From the NCBI GenBank assembly GCA_017399305.1, contig JAFQDK010000038.1, positions 97 through 64,096 on the forward strand: 64,000 bases of DNA, in the 5' to 3' direction. Of this stretch, positions 47,301 to 56,200 are shown in pieces (within the stretch, counting starts at the first letter, position 1; each line of letters starts with the position of its first letter). This DNA is from Clostridia bacterium (GTDB taxonomy: Bacteria > Bacillota > Clostridia > Oscillospirales > CAG-272). The notes below the pieces were generated by a model. It searched no databases. It worked only from the letters and a program-made list of their open reading frames with translations, and was not told the origin of the DNA. The position numbers and the translations under genes were made by a program.

Positions 47301-47598
47301 TGCTGAAAGTGCGCTTGAGCGCAAGGGCTTTATCTTTGATGCTGAAGCTATCGCCGGCATGATAGACCGCACTGCAGACAAAAAATTCATAAAAAAACTT
47401 ATTGAGAAAAGCGGCGATGAAGTTTCTGCCCTTTTTGACACTGTAAAAGAAAGCATTACAAACGTTGCATGCGACATGCGCGCCGGCAAAATTGATACAT
47501 ATGACACGGCGACAGGGCCTATGGCTCCTTGCCGTTACTGCGCTTACGCACGCATATGCCGTAAAGAAGATTTGAAAGGAGAGGATGGCAATGGCTAA
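44359..47598 (+). CDS. addB: ATP-dependent helicase/nuclease subunit B
   Basis: IVPDQ, C-terminal PD-(D/E)xK GIADRID...DYKTG, QL..Y, Fe-S cysteines DC...PCRYC....IC; precedes addA. Confidence 0.9.
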   Translation: MLTLLYGTRAARDEIFSLIAKDVADGRRAYLIVPDQKALLAENALMNYLPKSAALLVDAVGFSRLANLVSRRYGALTYQYANDGAKSLTMYRAIKKLTPYLHVFGGEMQSGTLDALCSLMGEFRACSIKSNDLDLAANALGDSPLAEKLRDLALIYTEYETILHERFCEQADDIDTLCDLLAENDFFGDSHVYIDSFISFTKQETTVLSHILSRGSNVTLALPFSRVGAHMAECADTRKKLLSLCAKLSVEVEEKYTYSNDPEPLEFAKENLWDLSCEDKFEGSTKGCLELYKCADKNEEVSLCLGEIFKALQNGNSYSDIAIIARNAENYSGTLDRALDRCGIPFFFSKKSSAELLPLTRLILSALSLYVYNFKQSDVAAYIKTGLVGLSDDECDVFEEYTDRWNICGRHRYLDGDDFTMSGQGYTAEVTDMATLEEINEIKRKIASPLSRLCDSLDGARTVRDFSTAIYEYLSETEIREKSADANFVKFFGTDKSADAIRLWNMTMEALDTMVEAAGDEETTASDFCTLVRLLFSSIDIAEIPSSKDQIIIGSADTIRIDERKIVLIIGANEGIFPAPVSESPTLCESERNALKEVGVTLSQNLRLRSARELYHFVRSIDFATDKAVISYYLSDIDGSKREPSFAISRLKKLFPALEKCSYTALALTDRVFYPTSAADAIGVYGDEAEKVLKATLSEKGMYTPPIKDVTALGNAYSAISSDIAKDIYGDSMRLSQSKIDTYSDCRLRHFMQYIINLEDTAPFEFNPANTGTFVHSVLENFLGAVKSGGKRIADLEEDEIEMLASTLCAAETEKIMRSAAGKNARMLCFFDRMKRSIILILRSLVNEFKNSSFEPFLLEYRIGSGGHKPLSVTLPDGAEVSLNGIADRIDICKQDGKVFLRVSDYKTGKKPFSEADLKKGKNLQLLIYLFSLCYVADKHFFDLVGVDKTDDIVPASVTYFVVKPPKISLDTPPTEDITPDAESALERKGFIFDAEAIAGMIDRTADKKFIKKLIEKSGDEVSALFDTVKESITNVACDMRAGKIDTYDTATGPMAPCRYCAYARICRKEDLKGEDGNG

Positions 47599-50500
47599 TT
47601 TTACCAAAGCGCAAGAAAAAGCCATATCAGAACAATCAAAAACTCTCCTTGTTTCTGCCGCAGCAGGCAGTGGTAAAACCACAACTCTCATTGAACGAAT
47701 AATCCGTTCTGTCGCACGCGATGAAAACCCAATCATGCTTGACCGCTTGCTTGTGGTCACTTTCACAAAAGCTGCTGCAAGTGAGCTTCGCCTACGTATA
47801 TCCGCCACCCTCTCCGATGCTATCGCAAAAAACGGTGGCAGTGAAGTTCTTGCAAAGCAATTTACTTTACTGAGTTCGGCAAAAATATCAACTATTGACA
47901 GCTTTTGCCTTGACCTTGTTCGCACAAACTATGCAACGCTTGGGCTCTCTCCATCATTCAGAATTGCTGATGACGGTGAATCTACTTTGCTTGCAAACGA
48001 AACCATGGACATGCTCATAAATGAGTGCTATGACGATCCGAATAGCAAGCTCTGCGGCGGCGCAGAGGGATTTGCCGCTCTTGTCGACCTGATTGTCGGA
48101 TCTGCAGACGATTCCCGTCTTTGCGACACTCTGCTATCCCTTTATGAAACTCTTTCATCATATCCTGAAGGAGCATCTGCACTCTATGATTGCGAAGCAC
48201 TTCTACGCGAATATGCCAAGCGCGATTTCTTTGAGTGCCCTCACGGAAAAAGAATCGAAAAGCATCTATCAGATGTATTCGAATACTTCAAAAAGGGATA
48301 TATCCGCGCCCTTGATATAATACAAAGCGATGCCGCACTTGCAAAAGCATATGAAGTGGCATTTGCAGCCGATCTGCACGGTATTATCGAGGCGGAATCC
48401 GCGCTGAAATCAGGATATGCCGAAGGACGTGAAGCCATAAGCAAAATCGCCTTTGCACGACTTGGTTCTTTCCGCGGTGAGAAAACAGATGAGATTGAAT
48501 TCGTTAAGGAACTGCGCACAAAATACAAAGATCAGATACAAAAAAGCATAAGCGGATACATAGCGTCCGATGCAAAAACCATCAGCAAATGCCTTATCGA
48601 AACTGCAGATGTCTGCCACTCGCTTGCCGAATTTCTCTGCGAATACGAGCGTCGCGCAGAAGCCGAAAAAAAGCGCCTTGGTGTTTGCGATTTTGACGAC
48701 CTCAGTCGCTATACGCTAAGACTGCTTGTTGATGAAAACGGCAATGACACCCCTTTTGCCATATCACAAAAAGAGCTTTACGATGCAGTTTATATTGACG
48801 AATATCAGGATGTAAACGCCGTGCAGGACCGCATATTTTCTGCTATTTCAAAGACAACCAACCGCTTTATGGTTGGTGATATCAAACAGAGCATATATGC
48901 TTTCCGCGGTGCTGAACCCACTATCTTTGCAAATCTCAGAAGTGAGTACCCGAATATCGAAAATGCAGGAAACAGCGACAATGCCACTATTTTCATGAGT
49001 GAAAACTTTCGCTGTAGCAAAGAGGTGATCAACTTCACCAACATGATATTCGACAAACTGATGCCACTCGTTTCGCCTGACATGAACTACAAGGAAAGCG
49101 ATTCGCTGGTTTTTCGCAAGAAATGCGAAACCGACCGCGCTATCCCTGCTGAAATCGTAATAACAGAAAAGCCGCCCAAGGGCTCGCCCGATGAAAACAT
49201 GAACACCGAGGCTGACTTTATCGCGCGTGAAATATGCCGCCTTGTAAACAATGAAGTCAAGGACAACGGGGATAAGATCAGTTATGGTGACATAGCTATT
49301 CTGATGCGTTCACCACGCGCAAAGATGGACATTTTTGCCGGCACGCTAAATGCGTACGGAATTCCCGTATACACTGAAACCAACGAAAATCTACTGCATC
49401 AAAGTGAGGTTGAGATAATCATTTGTCTGCTTGAGGCAATTGACAATCCTCGCCGCGATATTGCACTATGCGGAACACTGCTCTCCCCTATTTGCGGATT
49501 TGACTGTAACTTTGTTGCCGCTCTTCGCAAAAACATACATGGAGAAAGATTATACACCACGCTGAAAAACTACATATCAAGCGATACACCGGACAGCGAA
49601 GAAAAGAGAAAGGCAACTTTCTTTGTAAATCAGCTTTCCGATTTTCGCCGTATGGCACGCTTCATGAGTGCAGGCGAAATGATTGACGAGGTTTATAACC
49701 GATATGCTGCATATGCAAGGCTTGGTGCTTCGTCACCGCTCCGCCGTGCTAACCTTGAAAGATTGCGCCATGTTGCTTACTCTTTTTCGGGCGGTGCGCC
49801 ACGCAGTCTTTCAGAATTCCTTCGATACATAAGAAATATCGAAAACAACGGCAAGACCCAACTTGCCGCCGCGCGTCCCGGTCTTGATACGCCTGATGCG
49901 GTACGCATAATGAGTGTGCATCAATCAAAAGGTCTTGAATTTCCCGTTGTATTCTTTGCAGATACTGTTAAAGACTACAATCTGCAGGATGCCGCCGCAT
50001 CACCGCTGTATTCAGGCAGTGCGGGATTTGGCGCAAAACTGCGCGATGACAGCGGATTTTGCGTATACGATACGCTTCTTAGAAAATCCATTGCGTTACA
50101 CATCACGCGTGCCACCAAAGAAGAGGAACTGCGACTGCTATACGTTGCACTGACACGTGCGCGCGAACGGCTTTACATGACAGCAATGCATCAAACCCCC
50201 GGCAAACTTATATCTGCCGCAAAAACAGAAAGCGAATTCTTAACCGAATACTCTGCTGTAAAGCTGACCAATCATATGTCGCTGGCACTGCTTGCGGCAT
50301 GCGGAGAGGAAACTGAGTATCTAAAAATCCGAACAGTGCCATACGCACCTGCCAAGATAAATGAAAAAACCCAAGAAGAGCTATCAGTTGAAGAAACAGT
50401 ATCGGTTGACATGGATGCAGTGAAGTTGCTGAGCGAACGTTTTGAATATCACTATCCGCACACAGCACGCTCGAAAATTCCCGCAAAACTTGCGATATCG

Positions 50501-51145
50501 CGCCTTTATCCTGATATCCTCGATGACACTATCTTAAGTGACACCATTGAGCAAAAAAAGCTTCCTAAAGCGGTTATAGCGCCAAAGTTTATTGAAAACA
50601 CAGAAAACAGCGCGGCAAAGCGCGGCACTGCCACGCATTTGTTTATGCAATTCTTTGATTTTGACAATGCGGCAAAAAGCGGGGCGCGTGCTGAACTTGA
50701 ACGGCTGACTAAAAAACACTTTATCACACCGGATGACTCTGCACTTGTCAACCTTGACGAAGTAGAAGTCTTCTTAAAATCAAAGCTGTTTTCCGACATG
50801 CGTGAAGCAAAAACCATATACCGTGAGCAACGTTTCAACTTGAATCTCGATGCTTCTGACTTTGCAAATGACGAAGGATTAAAAGCTGAGCTTTCGGGTG
50901 AAAATGTTCTTGTGCAAGGTGTTATCGACTGCTTTTTCTATGATCAAAACGGCGATATTATCCTTGTCGACTATAAGACAGACCGCGTGTCAAAGTCTAA
51001 CCGAGCCGAAGCTGAAGCCAAACTAAAAGAAGCGCACAGCGAACAGCTTGGCTACTATGCCCGTGCCATTGAAGAAATCTGCGGCAAAGCGCCAAAATCC
51101 ACGCTTATATACTCACTTTGTCTTGGCGACACAGTTGAGATATAA
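47591..51145 (+). CDS. addA: ATP-dependent helicase/nuclease subunit A
   Basis: SAAAGSGKT, TFTKAAA, IDEYQD, VGDIKQSIY.FR, SVHQSKGLEF, YVALTRA, QGVID...DYKTD. Confidence 0.96.
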   Translation: MANFTKAQEKAISEQSKTLLVSAAAGSGKTTTLIERIIRSVARDENPIMLDRLLVVTFTKAAASELRLRISATLSDAIAKNGGSEVLAKQFTLLSSAKISTIDSFCLDLVRTNYATLGLSPSFRIADDGESTLLANETMDMLINECYDDPNSKLCGGAEGFAALVDLIVGSADDSRLCDTLLSLYETLSSYPEGASALYDCEALLREYAKRDFFECPHGKRIEKHLSDVFEYFKKGYIRALDIIQSDAALAKAYEVAFAADLHGIIEAESALKSGYAEGREAISKIAFARLGSFRGEKTDEIEFVKELRTKYKDQIQKSISGYIASDAKTISKCLIETADVCHSLAEFLCEYERRAEAEKKRLGVCDFDDLSRYTLRLLVDENGNDTPFAISQKELYDAVYIDEYQDVNAVQDRIFSAISKTTNRFMVGDIKQSIYAFRGAEPTIFANLRSEYPNIENAGNSDNATIFMSENFRCSKEVINFTNMIFDKLMPLVSPDMNYKESDSLVFRKKCETDRAIPAEIVITEKPPKGSPDENMNTEADFIAREICRLVNNEVKDNGDKISYGDIAILMRSPRAKMDIFAGTLNAYGIPVYTETNENLLHQSEVEIIICLLEAIDNPRRDIALCGTLLSPICGFDCNFVAALRKNIHGERLYTTLKNYISSDTPDSEEKRKATFFVNQLSDFRRMARFMSAGEMIDEVYNRYAAYARLGASSPLRRANLERLRHVAYSFSGGAPRSLSEFLRYIRNIENNGKTQLAAARPGLDTPDAVRIMSVHQSKGLEFPVVFFADTVKDYNLQDAAASPLYSGSAGFGAKLRDDSGFCVYDTLLRKSIALHITRATKEEELRLLYVALTRARERLYMTAMHQTPGKLISAAKTESEFLTEYSAVKLTNHMSLALLAACGEETEYLKIRTVPYAPAKINEKTQEELSVEETVSVDMDAVKLLSERFEYHYPHTARSKIPAKLAISRLYPDILDDTILSDTIEQKKLPKAVIAPKFIENTENSAAKRGTATHLFMQFFDFDNAAKSGARAELERLTKKHFITPDDSALVNLDEVEVFLKSKLFSDMREAKTIYREQRFNLNLDASDFANDEGLKAELSGENVLVQGVIDCFFYDQNGDIILVDYKTDRVSKSNRAEAEAKLKEAHSEQLGYYARAIEEICGKAPKSTLIYSLCLGDTVEI

Positions 51146-51195
51146 AAACAACCTATATCTTTGTTAAAAAATCGCATATTTTGTCAAATTAACAA

Positions 51196-51224
51196 TTGCA
51201 TTTAATTGAATTGTAAAGTATAAT
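51196..51224 (+). promoter_or_regulatory. SigA promoter of the transketolase operon
   Basis: TTGCAT-N17-TATAAT. Confidence 0.65.
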
Positions 51225-51264
51225 AGTTTTGTAGTGATTTTAAACCCTACTAAAAGAGGTAATT

Positions 51265-52086
51265 ATGAACAACGAAAAACTTGCTATGCTTAAAGAAAAA
51301 GCCACTCTTGTCCGCAAGGGCATAATTGAGGGAACCCACGCTGCTGGCTGTGGTCATCCCGGCGGCTCACTTTCTATCACAGATATTGTCACATATCTCT
51401 ACTTTGCCGAGATGAATATTGACGTGAAAAACCCAAAAATGGCTAATCGCGACCGCTTTGTTATGTCCAAAGGACATGCGGCGCCCGCGCTCTACTCCGT
51501 TTTGGCTAATCGCGGTTTCTTCCCTGTAGAAGATCTTAAGACACTGCGCAAAACAAACAGCTATCTTCAGGGTCACCCCGATATGAAGGGCATCCCCGGT
51601 GTTGATATGTCTACCGGTTCGCTTGGCCTTGGTATCTCTGCTGCATGCGGTATGGCTCTCGCGGCAAAAATCAATGACGAAAGCTACCGTGTATACTGTG
51701 CAGTTGGCGATGGCGAAAGCGAAGAAGGTCAGGTCTGGGAAGCAGCTATGTTTGCGGCTCATTACAAACTCGACAATCTAACTGTATTTATCGACTTTAA
51801 CGGTCTTCAGATCGACGGTAAAGTAACAGACGTCATGAACCCCACTCCTCACGACACCAAATTTGAAGCATTTGGCTGGAATGTCATCACAATTGACGGT
51901 CACAACTTTGAAGAGATCGAAAATGCTGTAAACGCCGCTAAGGCATGCAAGGGTAAGCCTACAGCCATTATTGCAAACACCGTTAAAGGTAAGGGTGTTT
52001 CATTTATGGAAGGCAAAGCTTCTTGGCATGGCAAGGCCCCCAATGATGACGAATATGCTATAGCTTTAACTGATCTTGATAAATAA
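51265..52086 (+). CDS. Transketolase, N-terminal (TPP-binding) subunit
   Basis: GHPGGSLS, RDRFVMSKGH, STGSLG, GDGE...WEA. Confidence 0.95.
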   Translation: MNNEKLAMLKEKATLVRKGIIEGTHAAGCGHPGGSLSITDIVTYLYFAEMNIDVKNPKMANRDRFVMSKGHAAPALYSVLANRGFFPVEDLKTLRKTNSYLQGHPDMKGIPGVDMSTGSLGLGISAACGMALAAKINDESYRVYCAVGDGESEEGQVWEAAMFAAHYKLDNLTVFIDFNGLQIDGKVTDVMNPTPHDTKFEAFGWNVITIDGHNFEEIENAVNAAKACKGKPTAIIANTVKGKGVSFMEGKASWHGKAPNDDEYAIALTDLDK

Positions 52087-52100
52087 GGAGGACAAAAACA

Positions 52101-53045
52101 ATGGCTGAAAAGAAAGCAACCAGAGAAGCCTACGGCGATGCACTCGTCGAATTTGGCGCTACTAATAAAAACCTTGTTGTCCTCGACGCAGACCTTGCAG
52201 AGGCTACAAAAACATGCAAGTTTAAGGCTGCATACCCTGAACGTTTCTTCGACTGCGGTATCGCAGAGGGTAATATGATGGCTGTTGCAGCAGGTCTTGC
52301 CGCATCGGGCATGGTTCCATTTGCTTCCAGCTTTGCAATGTTTGCAAGCGGCAGAGCATTTGAACAGGTTCGTAACACTATCGGTTATCCGCACCTCAAT
52401 GTTAAAATAGGTGCTACACACGCAGGAATCACCGTCGGCGAAGACGGCGCAACCCATCAGTGCAACGAAGATATCGCTCTTATGCGTACTATCCCCGGTA
52501 TGACCATTATCAATCCTGCAGACGCAGTTGAGGCAAGAGCCGCTGTTAAAGCTGCAATTGACTTCAAGGGTCCTGTATATATGCGCTTTGGCAGATACGC
52601 TGTCCCCACTTTCAACAATGACAGCTATGAATTCGAAATTGGCAAAGGCATTGAGCTTTGCGACGGTAAAGACGTAGCAATTATTGCAACCGGCCTTATG
52701 GTAAGCATGGCAATGGAAGCGGCTGAAATGCTCAAGGAAGACGGCATCAATGCTCGCGTTATTAACATTCACACCATCAAACCAATTGATGCCGAGATCA
52801 TCGTTAAAGCGGCAAGAGAAACCGGTGCTATAGTAACTGCCGAGGAACACAGCATTATCGGCGGTCTTGGAAGTGCAGTTGCAGAAGTGCTTTGCGAAAA
52901 ATGTCCTGTTCCCATGCTTCGTGTAGGCGTTGAAGATAAATTTGGCAAGAGCGGTCAGGTTCCCGAACTGCTTAAAGAATACGGTCTCACTGCTGAGAAC
53001 ATTGCAAAAAAAGCAAAAGAAGCTATCAGCTTAAAGCTTAACTAA
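52101..53045 (+). CDS. Transketolase, C-terminal subunit
   Basis: GIAEGNM, GEDGATHQ, GPVYMR, TAEEHSIIGGLGSAV. Confidence 0.95.
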   Translation: MAEKKATREAYGDALVEFGATNKNLVVLDADLAEATKTCKFKAAYPERFFDCGIAEGNMMAVAAGLAASGMVPFASSFAMFASGRAFEQVRNTIGYPHLNVKIGATHAGITVGEDGATHQCNEDIALMRTIPGMTIINPADAVEARAAVKAAIDFKGPVYMRFGRYAVPTFNNDSYEFEIGKGIELCDGKDVAIIATGLMVSMAMEAAEMLKEDGINARVINIHTIKPIDAEIIVKAARETGAIVTAEEHSIIGGLGSAVAEVLCEKCPVPMLRVGVEDKFGKSGQVPELLKEYGLTAENIAKKAKEAISLKLN

Positions 53046-53052
53046 TTAACAT

Positions 53053-53088
53053 AAAAAAAGTCGTACTCTTTCGAGTACGACTTTTTTT
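53053..53088. terminator. Bidirectional terminator shared by tkt and the giant-protein/peptide operon
   Basis: AAAAAAAGTCGTACTC-TTTC-GAGTACGACTTTTTTT. Confidence 0.9.
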
Positions 53089-53094
53089 GTTGCT

Positions 53095-53253
53095 TTACTT
53101 AAAGAAATTTGGCAATACGTCAGCGTTTCTCTTCTTCTCTTCCTCCTCGATAAGCCGGAGTAACTCCGGCGTATCGGGAAGGCTGTCACTAACAAGAAGA
53201 ATTGACTCTGCCTCAAAATTAATTATTCGCGCCTCAGGGCTTATGTATTTCAT
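53095..53253 (-). CDS. 52-aa peptide with a YxxP leader-like N-terminus (not in the ORF track)
   Basis: MKYISPEARIINFEAESILLVSDSLPDTPELLRLIEEEEKKRNADVLPNFFK*; SD TAAGGAG is formed by the giant gene's stop codon, 8 nt before the ATG; terminator follows. Confidence 0.8.
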   Translation of the reverse strand: MKYISPEARIINFEAESILLVSDSLPDTPELLRLIEEEEKKRNADVLPNFFK

Positions 53254-53265
53254 TTTATCGACTCC

Positions 53266-56200
53266 TTAATCTACCTTTTTGAGATATTCTGCAGCAGCAT
53301 CACTGTATGCAAGAGTAGCACGGCACACAGCCTTGAGTGCTGCGGGATTCGATATTCCCATAGCAAGAATTGTTTCGTCGTCTGCCGCAAGTACTGTTGC
53401 AGCATAGGACTCGAAGCTTGTGGTAACAGTGGGGGATACCTGAGTATCGCCAATGTAAAGTGCACCGGTGAATTCCTGTCTGAGATCCTTGGCTGAAACT
53501 GTATCAATATCTACGCAAAGACGTGTCTTGCCATCTTCGGTTACTGTATACATATTCTCACCGGAAATGTCAATAAATATCTTTGCTCCATTGATGTTTC
53601 TGTAATTTCCTTTGAAGACAAGATTGCTTGTGTCAATATCTCCAGTTGCATCAAATACAAGTGTCATAAGTATGCGCTGTTCAAGCACTGCAAACTGGTT
53701 GTAAGGTGTATAAAGCTGACCTTCTACCGCCTCACCTATAACGCTTGAATTATCAGCATCAACATCTGTAACGGTATAATCTATAATCGCATCTGCAGGA
53801 ATATGCTCTGTTACGAGATTGTCCGCATTGTAATTGAAGTATGTCTGTGCGGCTGCACCGTAATTGAACATAGCATCAAGAACTTTCTTGAGTGCTGCAT
53901 CACTGTTTGCCATTACATTATAGTAAGTTACAAGATTGTACTGCTTAGTGGGAGACTTGTAGCATACGCCGTCCTTGACATAATAATATGTGCCGGAAAT
54001 AGTATCATTCATTTCCTTGCCTGCAATACCGGGAACTTCAAAGCGCCACTTTCCGTCAACCTCTACAGGCTCAACGGTTACAGGCTCTTCTCCACTCTTT
54101 TCAAATACCATCCAGCATTCGGAAACAGCAGAATCAACCTTTACTACATACTCAAGAACATACTCACTGAGAAGCGTTACGCCAAGAGAGAATCCCTGTT
54201 TAGCTTCAATAAATTCGATTTCTTCGGTCTTTGTACCGCTACATATCGAACATGTGTAAGTAACAATGCCCTTAGCATTAGGAGTAGGATTAGTGGTTAC
54301 TACACCCTCATCCCATTCACAGTTGCCGTCCTCAGTAGCACCGCAAACTGTACATGTGTGGGTGTGGGTTTCATCACCGTTGTATGCATAGTCGCCGTAT
54401 GAGTGGTTGCCTGTTGCGGGAACCACCTCGGCGGTCTGGGTATAGTCACAGTGCATGCACTTGTATACCGCAGTGGAACCGTCCTTGCCGCAGGTAGGAG
54501 CAACCGCTTCCGCAATAAGAACAGTCACAGTGTGGTTTCTCGTCTGTACATATCCGCAGGTCTTACATGTGCGTGAATGCTGGGTGTCGCTTACAGATGC
54601 CCAGTTTGTAAAGCCGTGCGATGCAGTAGAGGTTCTGCCGCATGTACATGTAGAGATATGAGTGCTGTCGTCATTCTCATCCCATGTTGTAAATGTACAC
54701 TCGTTTGTAACATTCTCGGTAATGGTAAGATTTGTAGCTGTTGCCCCCTGGTTAACAGGATCAGTCAAGGTATATACAAATCCGTGAGTACCGTAGGAAA
54801 CAGTTGCTTTTGTTTCCTCTTCCTGAACAGTACCGTTCATATAGAATGTAATATCTGTTGTAAGAGGAGTTGTTCTGCCATCCTTCTCAAGCGAAACATT
54901 TACAGTTGTATCGAGAACATTTGTAATGTCGATAGTTCCGCCTGTGGTATGAGAATTAGCATTGAGATTGAGAACAAGAGAAGCAAGGCTGTCAGTAACA
55001 TCCGTTGTATCTTTGTTATAGCCGTTAACATTGGATGAACCTGTACGGAGCTGATAAAGCTCTGTATTGTCACTTAGATTTATGGTTGTATGACAATTTT
55101 CGGTAGTAACTCCGGTGACATTTGCATTGGTAGAACGTGACATTGCATTAAGCGTTCTGATGCTTGTTGCCACTTCACCGTTGTCGACAGTTTCAAGCTC
55201 TATTGTCTTATTCTCAACAGTAAACGGTCCTGTGTCATCCTTGATCCAGCTTCCGAGAACAACATTATAATAGAAGCTATCGGTAATATTTTCACCGTTG
55301 GTTACACCGTACAGCTTAATCTTTGAAGTTGTAGCAGTGGTGTTGCTTGCATTGGGATAATACTCACCTGCGCAAATTATTGCACGTGCATAAGTATTAG
55401 CGGAGATATTCTGCATTGTAAGGTTGTGATAATTTGCTTCAAAGATAATATCTGAGCTTCCGCTTGTCGTTCCGACAAAGGTTACACCGTTATACTTGAG
55501 ATTACCGCGCTGAGTAATTCTTACGCCGTCTTTTGCGATATTGATTGTGCCGCCTTCAATGTAGATAGTATTTACCCAATCCTCAGCAAAGCTTACACTT
55601 GCAGAAAGATTATAGTCACCGACAATTTTAATATGTCCTGCAACCTTATGCAAACGGTGAACGGCTTCTTTAAGTGTCTTTACGGGAGTATCTGTAGTGA
55701 TACCATCATTTGCATCGCTGCCGTTATCATCGTCTACATACACGGTCGGCAACGAACCTGTATGCTCAACATAATGTTCACCGCAGGTAAGACAGGGGAT
55801 GTAATATGTGCTGCCCGACTTTTCCCATACGTAGTCATACTCATGAGGTACAGAAACTTCTGCAGAAACTGCTGTAGTTTCTATCTCATCCTCTGCAATA
55901 TTGTAGCTCTGCGCATCATAAACCTCAATAATATGAACAGTATCGTGGTCAATATCGCTCACATCAAATGTGAGAGTAATAACCACAGTCTTTGTAACCT
56001 TTGCATCTGCTGCAGGATTATTGAGAAGTGCAACTGTATAAGGCAGTGTGAGACCGCTTGTAACAGTAGCAGTGAGACCTGTGCCAGACTCTACAGTAGG
56101 AAGTTTGACCTCCGCCTTGGTAAGTTTGAATCCGTCAGGAGCGTTAATCTTGAAGGTAGCACCTGCAATAGCAGTAGTTGACTTATATGTAAAGTCTACG

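Noticed and set aside
47152-47925. Long antisense ORFs (also 51900-52850, 25633-26319, 31670-32386, 56320-57111)
   Set aside because: They are shadows of well-supported genes on the opposite strand, with no recognisable motifs or RBS.
53087-53269. 60-aa plus-strand ORF from the track
   Set aside because: It starts at the edge of a terminator with no SD; the minus-strand 52-aa ORF has an SD, operon context and a leader-like motif.
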